From: Candidatus Binatia bacterium
GTDB lineage: Bacteria > Desulfobacterota > Binatia > Bin18
Direction: 5' to 3'
DNA: 64,000 nucleotides
NCBI GenBank assembly: GCA_963664395.2
Contig: OY761159.2
Coordinates: forward strand, 1,792,001-1,856,000
Part shown: positions 58,472-64,000 of the stretch, in pieces
Position numbering within the stretch: position 1 is the stretch's first letter
How the letters are laid out: each line of letters starts with the position of its first letter
Program-made: the position numbers and the translations under genes
Notes under the pieces: generated by a model
Told to the model about the DNA's origin: nothing
The model's database searches: none
The model's input: the letters and a program-made list of their open reading frames with translations, nothing else

Positions 58472-58636
58472 GATGTCCCTCAAGATGAACGTTACAATAA
58501 ACCGTGGCGCATTGTGGGACAACGGTCTTGTACGATCGCGACCGTACAGAGGTCACGGTTGCCGGAGCGATGGTTCACGGCGCAGCAACCCATCCATTTA
58601 GATGGCCCTGCCTGCTGTCAGGGTTGGGCCGGGCGG

Positions 58637-58701
58637 TTTTGGCGAGTTGGTCGAACCCATGCTGGTAATCAGTGGGCATGAGGTTCATATTGTGGGCTGA
58701 T
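58637..58701 (+). repeat. Displaced, diverged copy of the EthD gene 3' end
   Basis: Direct repeat of 53248-53312 (offset 5389), 56/65 identical; encodes FGELVEPMLVISGHEVHIVG* versus FGELVEPMLVCSGHEVRIVG*. Confidence 0.9.
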
Positions 58702-58736
58702 ATAGGGGAGGCGGAGAAACCCATAGGGAAATCTAC

Positions 58737-59945
58737 ATGAGGCAGAGCACAGGCAAACATTCTGGCGTATTTCTCTGCCTCCTCCTCTCCCATCTCCTGC
58801 TTGCTCCTTCGCTCTCTTCCGCGCAGGACACAGACGATCAGACACGCGGGCTGCAACGTGACGGGTGGCAGGGAACGCGGCCAGCGCCGCAACAAACTCC
58901 CCGGCCCTCTTCCCCGCAACGCTATGCCCCCGTCCAGCCCCAAGTCCTGGAACTGCCGCCGGTCTCGCAACCGTCTATGCAGGCCCTTCCGCGTCAACAG
59001 GGTATTCCGCCTACGCATCTACAAAAACGGACTCCAAGACCAATCCAACTTCTCACTGTCACGGTGACTGATCAGAACGGTCAATATATTAACGGTCTGA
59101 CTCCCGAGGATTTTATCATCTACGAAGGGGGCCAGTCTCAGCTCATTACCTATTTTAATACCGGCCAACAGGAGCCGGTCAGTCTGGGTCTCCTGGTTGA
59201 CATGAGTGAAAGCATGTACGGCAAACGGCGCCGGGCCGTCCTTGCCCTGCGGAGTTTTGCGCAATCGATTAAACCCGGCGATGAGGTTTTTCTTCTTGGG
59301 TTTAATCACCAGCTCACGCTCTTGCAGGACTTTACCGATAGCCCCAGCCTGTTGACGCAGGCTACGTCCGGTCTCCAGCCTAGCGGCGATACGGCCCTGT
59401 ACGACGCCGTGTTGGGCGGTCTGCAACGCATCCAACACGGCCAACGTCAGAAGAAAGCCCTCATCCTCATGAGTGATGGCCTGGATACCTCAAGCACGGC
59501 CTCACGCGAAGACGCTTTTCGGGCGGCGCGGGAAGCCAACATTCTCATATACACCATCGGTATCGGTAATCTCAGCCAGGGTGTACGAAGCCAGCGGATG
59601 CCCATGTGGGGGTTGGGCGGCGGGATGGGACGAATGGGCGGGATGGGCGGTCCCTTCATGCCCAGTCGGGGCCAGCCTAATTTTGGCTCGGTGGATGTTG
59701 ACCTGCTGCAATCGCTGAGTGACACGACCGGCGCCCAACATTTTTTTCTGAGTACGAAAGATATCCTGGGGAGCCACACTGTACTCGAACAAGCAACCCA
59801 GACCATTGCCCACGAACTTCGCCAGCAATACAGCATCGGCTACCTCTCACCCCTCAAGGGAGATGTCTACCGCGACGTTCAAGTCGAGACACGACATCCA
59901 CAACATCAAGGACTCATCGTGCGGACGCATAAGGGGACGGGGTAG
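58737..59945 (+). CDS. Secreted VWA-domain protein
   Basis: Signal peptide, Pro/Gln-rich linker, 'VTVTD..G..I.GL...DF', MIDAS 'DMSESM', 'TALYDA', 'SDGLD' and 'ELRQQYSIGY'. Confidence 0.88.
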   Translation: MRQSTGKHSGVFLCLLLSHLLLAPSLSSAQDTDDQTRGLQRDGWQGTRPAPQQTPRPSSPQRYAPVQPQVLELPPVSQPSMQALPRQQGIPPTHLQKRTPRPIQLLTVTVTDQNGQYINGLTPEDFIIYEGGQSQLITYFNTGQQEPVSLGLLVDMSESMYGKRRRAVLALRSFAQSIKPGDEVFLLGFNHQLTLLQDFTDSPSLLTQATSGLQPSGDTALYDAVLGGLQRIQHGQRQKKALILMSDGLDTSSTASREDAFRAAREANILIYTIGIGNLSQGVRSQRMPMWGLGGGMGRMGGMGGPFMPSRGQPNFGSVDVDLLQSLSDTTGAQHFFLSTKDILGSHTVLEQATQTIAHELRQQYSIGYLSPLKGDVYRDVQVETRHPQHQGLIVRTHKGTG

Positions 59946-60015
59946 CCCTCGCTTCCCCTTGCCTCATCCGCCTGTCTCTTGTACTTCTGGTGTTCTCACA
60001 TAAGGAGGACAGACT

Positions 60016-61365
60016 ATGCATTTCATGTGGTTCACAGAACGCGCCTATCACTACGACCCGGAAGAACATCCGGAGCAATACCGCGATCTCGAAAACGAGA
60101 TTATTCGCAAACGTAGCTTTTTCGGGACGCCGAACCGCTATTTTAATCGCCAGCATGGCGCGCGGCTGCTCAATCAATATCTCGACGAGAAGATCTACAC
60201 CGACCAGGAGCTGATGAACTTTGACGGTATTATGCTCAACGAGCACCATGCCAATCCGTTCTGCCTGGGCGCGGTCATGGATGTCGAAGCCTCGGTATTA
60301 GCCAAGACGACCAGCCGGGTCAAAATGGCCCTGCTGGGCAATCCGGTTCCGACCGTCTCGAATGCGCTCCGGCTGGCCGAAGAGCTGGCCATGATCGACC
60401 TGATTTCAAACGGTCGCTTGACCACTGGCTGGGTACGCGGCGCCGGCAGCGAGCAACTCGCCAACAATACCAACCCGGCCTATAACCGTGAATACTTTGA
60501 AGAGGGCATCGACTTTATCGTCCAGGCGTGGACCAAGCCGGGCCCGTTTCGGTATGAAGGCAAACACTTCCACTTCCGGCACGTCAATCCCTGGGTGCTG
60601 CCCGTCCAAGAGCCGCATCCTCCCTTCTGGATTCCCGGTCTCATCAGCCCCGAGACGGTTGCGTGGTGCGCCAAGAACCGCTACCCCTACGTGGCCCTGG
60701 CTACCCGACTCGAACCGACCTTGGAACTGTGGGATTTCTACAATACAGCCGCAGCCCGTGAGGGCTATCAGGCCGGGCCGGAGAATTTTGGCTATCTGCA
60801 ACCCGTCATGGTCGCGGATACGCAAGAGCGCGCGGAAGAAATGGGCAAGCGCATTCTGTACGGCGGCGCCTTTGCGCATTTCGCCCGGCCCGAATGGATG
60901 TTTCCGCCGGGCTATAACTCGAAAGCGGCGACCCGCCGGCTGGCCCGGACGAACTTCGGCGTCAATGCCTCTGCCGGGCCTCTGTACGGTGAGGGTGGAG
61001 AAACGACGGTCGAAGAGATCGAAGCCGTCAAAAAGACCATTTATGATAGCTATCCCGGTGTCCTCAAAGATATGGTCATGATCGCGGGTACGCCGGACAA
61101 CGTGATTCCGAAGCTCAAGAAAATCCAGGATATCCTGCGTCCGGGCATCTTCTCCTTCTGGCTGGACGGCCCGGTCCCGGCCAAGGACCGGATGCGCTGT
61201 CTGGAACTGCTCAACCGCGACGTCATTCCGGCCATGCGCGAGCACGGCAAAACGCTGGGTCTGGTTGACCCGTTTGAGCAAAAACCCGGCTCACGGCCCC
61301 TGACCAACGGCAAGCCCGAACCCGTCAGTGACCCGCAGATACTCGCGGAACTCATGGCTGCCTAG
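60016..61365 (+). CDS. LLM class flavin-dependent oxidoreductase
   Basis: 'FDGIMLNEHH', 'RLAEELAMIDLISNGRL..G.VRG' and 'PVQEPHPPFWIPG'. Confidence 0.88.
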   Translation: MHFMWFTERAYHYDPEEHPEQYRDLENEIIRKRSFFGTPNRYFNRQHGARLLNQYLDEKIYTDQELMNFDGIMLNEHHANPFCLGAVMDVEASVLAKTTSRVKMALLGNPVPTVSNALRLAEELAMIDLISNGRLTTGWVRGAGSEQLANNTNPAYNREYFEEGIDFIVQAWTKPGPFRYEGKHFHFRHVNPWVLPVQEPHPPFWIPGLISPETVAWCAKNRYPYVALATRLEPTLELWDFYNTAAAREGYQAGPENFGYLQPVMVADTQERAEEMGKRILYGGAFAHFARPEWMFPPGYNSKAATRRLARTNFGVNASAGPLYGEGGETTVEEIEAVKKTIYDSYPGVLKDMVMIAGTPDNVIPKLKKIQDILRPGIFSFWLDGPVPAKDRMRCLELLNRDVIPAMREHGKTLGLVDPFEQKPGSRPLTNGKPEPVSDPQILAELMAA

Positions 61366-61419
61366 TCCGGCGGCCTGTTCTGGGAACGTCCGCAGACCAT
61401 ATGCAGGGGGAGGTTAGGC

Positions 61420-62229
61420 ATGAGTGATTTCGATCCCACCCAGCGCGGATTTGTCAGCTATATTGACAAATCACGCGAGCATTATCTCGCCCAGGGCTAC
61501 AGTAATCCCTACCGCTGGGCGTCCCACCCGGACGCCCCGTTCACGCCGCTGACAAAACCGCTCGCTGAAAGCCGGGTCGCTCTGGTCACCACCGCGGCCC
61601 CGGATTTGCAAGGCGGGCGGAAGCGCAGCCTGTATGCCGCGGCCACCCGACCGGTGCCCGCGGCGCTCTACACCCGGCATCTGTCGTGGCACAAAACGGC
61701 TACCCATACCGACGATGTCGAAACCTTCCTGCCTGTTCGCCGCTTAAATGAATACGGGGCCGAAGGCCGGCTCGGCAGCCTGTCGCCGCGCTTCTATGGC
61801 GTGCCCACGGTCTATAGTGTGCGCCAGACTGTGCACGAGGATGCCCCGGCCGTGCTCGACTTCTGTCGTGAGGATGGGGTCGATATTGCCCTGCTGGTCG
61901 CCCTGTGACCGGTGTGTCACCAGACCGTGAGTCTGGTCGCCCGACATCTGGAGACGCAGGGCATCCCAACGGTCGTCCTCGGCTCGGCGCGCGATATTGT
62001 TGAGCAGTGCGGCGTGCCGCGTTTTGTCTTTACCGACTTTCCCCTCGGCAATCCATGCGGCAAGCCCGACGACAAGGACATGCAGCGAGCTATCGTCGGG
62101 ATGGCGCTCGACCTGCTTGAGACCGCGCGCTATCCGCGCACGACGCTACAAACGCCCTTTCAGTGGGACGAAACCGGCGAGTGGCGCGAGACGTATATGG
62201 AGCTTGCTGAGGACACGCAAGCGGCGTAG
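61420..62229 (+). CDS. Selenoprotein of the glycine/sarcosine/betaine/D-proline reductase selenoprotein B-like family (Sec at 61906-61908)
   Basis: ORFs 61420-61908 and 61912-62229 are in frame across a single TGA, giving VDIALLVAL-U-PVCHQTVSLVARHLE (UxxC); family motifs 'PFTPL.KPLAE.RVALVTTA' and 'VPR...DFPLG.PCG'; hairpin directly downstream. Confidence 0.88.
61909..61951 (+). promoter_or_regulatory. Putative bacterial SECIS element
   Basis: Stem ACCAGAC(61919-61925), loop CGTGA, GTCTGGT(61931-61937); the loop starts 17 nt after the UGA; outer pairing TGTC/GACA. Confidence 0.7.
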
Positions 62230-62374
62230 GGCTATAATGAAGTACAAAGTTGTAACGACGCCATCACGTGAAGAACTGCAACGACGAGATGAGAAGTGGA
62301 GTGAGGAGAGAGGAGTTCAACAGATCAGAGGTGGCTGAACAGGCTTGACATTGTAATAAAAGGAGAAACTAGAA

Positions 62375-63184
62375 ATGGCGGGGAATACAAAAATTTCCCT
62401 CCGCATCCGGGGGCCAGATAATGATGACGGGCACGTTCGGTTTGATGATTTTATAAGCCAACTTGCCTCTATTAGAAAGGCACTGGTTGTTACTGACCAT
62501 ACTGTCTCAGATAAAGCCTCGACTTATTTTCGTGTCGTTGATCTTCAGCATAACAGCCCAGCTCTGGTTGTATTAGAAGCGGTTCCTATCCGTCCAGCAC
62601 TCGATAATTCAGAGAAAGTTGTTGGCAGATTTTTTCGCAGCCTTGGGGACATAGAACGAGGCGTTGCCCCAGACGGATTCGGCTTTTCCGACTTTCAAGC
62701 GTTTAAGGAAGTCACGAACTTATTGGACAAGGATAGGATAACCGAGTTAGTTATCTCTCGTGACTCAGAGCAGACAAAACGATTGACGTCCCTGTCTCCG
62801 CAGATAGAAAAAATACTGGGACCGGATGAGTACGAGATCGGTTCAGTAACTGGAATGCTAGAGCAGATTAACGTCCATGCAAATCAGAATGTGTTTACGA
62901 TTTATCCAACTTCGAAAAGGCGGAAACTTCGATGTATCTTCCCCTCCCATCTCCGCCCTCAAGCGACTCAGGCGGTTGACCAATATGTAAGGGTATATGG
63001 ACGTATGAAGTATAAGTCGCACCTTGAGGAGAAGGAACCGTATGAGATGATTGTAAAGGACCTGGAAGTACACATCCCTGAGGCAGAATTGCCGACTCTC
63101 GGGTCACTAAGGGGCATAGCAAGCGGTACAGGTGAGGGCACTCCAAGTGAGGATCTCGTACAGAGAGTCCGCCATGAGTGGTAA
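62375..63184 (+). CDS. Hypothetical protein coupled to a PIN gene
   Basis: 269-aa ORF with RBS aaggag; C-terminal half looks OB-fold-like ('GSVTGMLEQINVH..NVFTIYP...CIF...VRVYGRMKY'); overlaps the PIN start. Confidence 0.75.
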   Translation: MAGNTKISLRIRGPDNDDGHVRFDDFISQLASIRKALVVTDHTVSDKASTYFRVVDLQHNSPALVVLEAVPIRPALDNSEKVVGRFFRSLGDIERGVAPDGFGFSDFQAFKEVTNLLDKDRITELVISRDSEQTKRLTSLSPQIEKILGPDEYEIGSVTGMLEQINVHANQNVFTIYPTSKRRKLRCIFPSHLRPQATQAVDQYVRVYGRMKYKSHLEEKEPYEMIVKDLEVHIPEAELPTLGSLRGIASGTGEGTPSEDLVQRVRHEW

Positions 63185-63692
63185 TGATGATCTTGTATAT
63201 TTTGACTCATGTATCTTCATCGCTCACCTCAAGAGTGAAAACCGCCATGACCCTAACGATATGGCAGGCGTTAATGAACTCGTGGACAAGATCGATCGTT
63301 CAGAAATTCAGCTTGTAACTTCTGTTCTTTCATTTTCGGAGGTCTTAGAGAGTGGTGTCCCGACCAATACCCGGGAGCAGTTTAAGCTATTGTGGGGGCG
63401 GCGCAATTGCCATCTTGTAGATGTGAGTAGAGAAATTGCCGAGATTGCTCACAATATTCGAGACTACTATCGGAGACAACAAGACGGCCTACCTACTCTT
63501 ACAACGCCCGATGCCCTTCACCTAGCAACGGCGATTTCCTTTGGCTGCGCGCGACTCTATACGTTCGACCAAAATGACGAACCTGGAAGAAGAAGGGGGC
63601 TGATCCCCCTTAGCCCAACAATTGCGGGGCAGTATACTCTGACTATCAAAAAACCTGCCCCGGAAGGGGATCAAGCCCCGTTATTTCCATAA
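63174..63692 (+). CDS. PIN-domain (VapC-like) ribonuclease
   Basis: 'VYFDSCIFI', 'TSVLSFSEV', 'TPDALHLATA' and 'LYTFD' acidic tetrad. Confidence 0.88.
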   Translation: MSGNDDLVYFDSCIFIAHLKSENRHDPNDMAGVNELVDKIDRSEIQLVTSVLSFSEVLESGVPTNTREQFKLLWGRRNCHLVDVSREIAEIAHNIRDYYRRQQDGLPTLTTPDALHLATAISFGCARLYTFDQNDEPGRRRGLIPLSPTIAGQYTLTIKKPAPEGDQAPLFP

Positions 63693-63754
63693 TAAAGAAT
63701 GTATGGACTAGACTATCGTGAAATAGTTCTAGGGCTACTCTCTCCTCCCGGTCG

Positions 63755-64000
63755 CTATCCGGTCCGGTCCAGCACATGCTCGCGCAGGGTCGTGCCCGTG
63801 TAGTCGTTTCGATATACCCCGCGTTTCTGGAGTTCCGGGACGAGGAGATTCACCAGCTCTGCATAATAGTCGGGCGCGTAAAACGGTGGCGTAATCTGAA
63901 AGCCGTTGCCGCCGCCCGCTTCGAGGAAGTGCTGCATGGCGTCCGCCACCTGCGCAGGGGTGCCGACCAAGGGATTGGTATCGCTGCCGGCCAGATACGT
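63755..64000 (-). CDS. NtaA/DmoA-family FMN-dependent monooxygenase (3' end, partial)
   Basis: 'VGTPAQVAD...GGNGF...LVPELQKRGVYR.DY.GTTLREH'; runs off the window edge. Confidence 0.85.
   Translation of the reverse strand, partial: TYLAGSDTNPLVGTPAQVADAMQHFLEAGGGNGFQITPPFYAPDYYAELVNLLVPELQKRGVYRNDYTGTTLREHVLDRTG

Larger units (their letters stand above)
62227..63737. mobile_element. AT-richer insertion bounded by the 8-bp direct repeat TAGGGCTA
   Basis: TAGGGCTA at 62227-62234 (includes the selenoprotein stop) and 63730-63737 (17 bp from the stop of the convergent gene); no TIR or recombinase seen. Confidence 0.5.

Noticed and set aside
61912-62229. Separate 105-aa gene
   Set aside because: No RBS; it is the in-frame continuation after the Sec codon.
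62237-62338. Small ORF MMKYKVVTTPSREELQRR (DUF1737-like relic?)
   Set aside because: Too short and degenerate to support as a gene.
1-64000. tRNA, rRNA, riboswitch or prophage
   Set aside because: No cloverleaf, rRNA-like tract, recognisable riboswitch or phage structural genes seen by eye; an Infernal/tRNAscan run would be needed to exclude small RNAs.

Overview
GC-rich (roughly 55-60% by eye) bacterial chromosomal window with no rRNA, tRNA or CRISPR array seen. The backbone is catabolic and housekeeping: five luciferase-like/flavin monooxygenases, four SDRs, two GSTs, two secreted cyclase-family hydrolases, a DMFase-beta-like protein, ilvD, trpB2, a moeA pair, glk and gnd. This gene mix, together with an ankyrin protein and a secreted metalloprotease with tandem C-terminal domains, suggests a Binatota-like and possibly sponge-associated organism (inference only). 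The main accessory features are: (1) a complete 3384-bp IS1-family cargo transposon (25-bp TIRs, 8-bp TSD) carrying higB, higA-ImmA, an unknown ORF and a small basic protein; (2) a translationally coupled operon of an N4/N6-type DNA methyltransferase, a MORC-like GHKL ATPase/histidine kinase fusion and a receiver-domain protein with no restriction nuclease, a candidate defence or epigenetic signalling system; (3) a UxxC selenoprotein split by the ORF track, with a SECIS-like hairpin; (4) an island with two probable ADP-ribose erasers flanking an ankyrin-DUF2628 fusion; (5) an arsM-arsS arsenosugar pair; (6) two two-gene candidate defence modules (DUF6978-like/DUF1828-like, and unknown/PIN bounded by an 8-bp direct repeat); and (7) two integrase-free insertions each bracketed by about 86%-identical, mostly synonymously diverged copies of a host gene's 3' end. 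Many gene remnants and REP-like palindromes are also present. All family calls come from motif recognition, not database searches.
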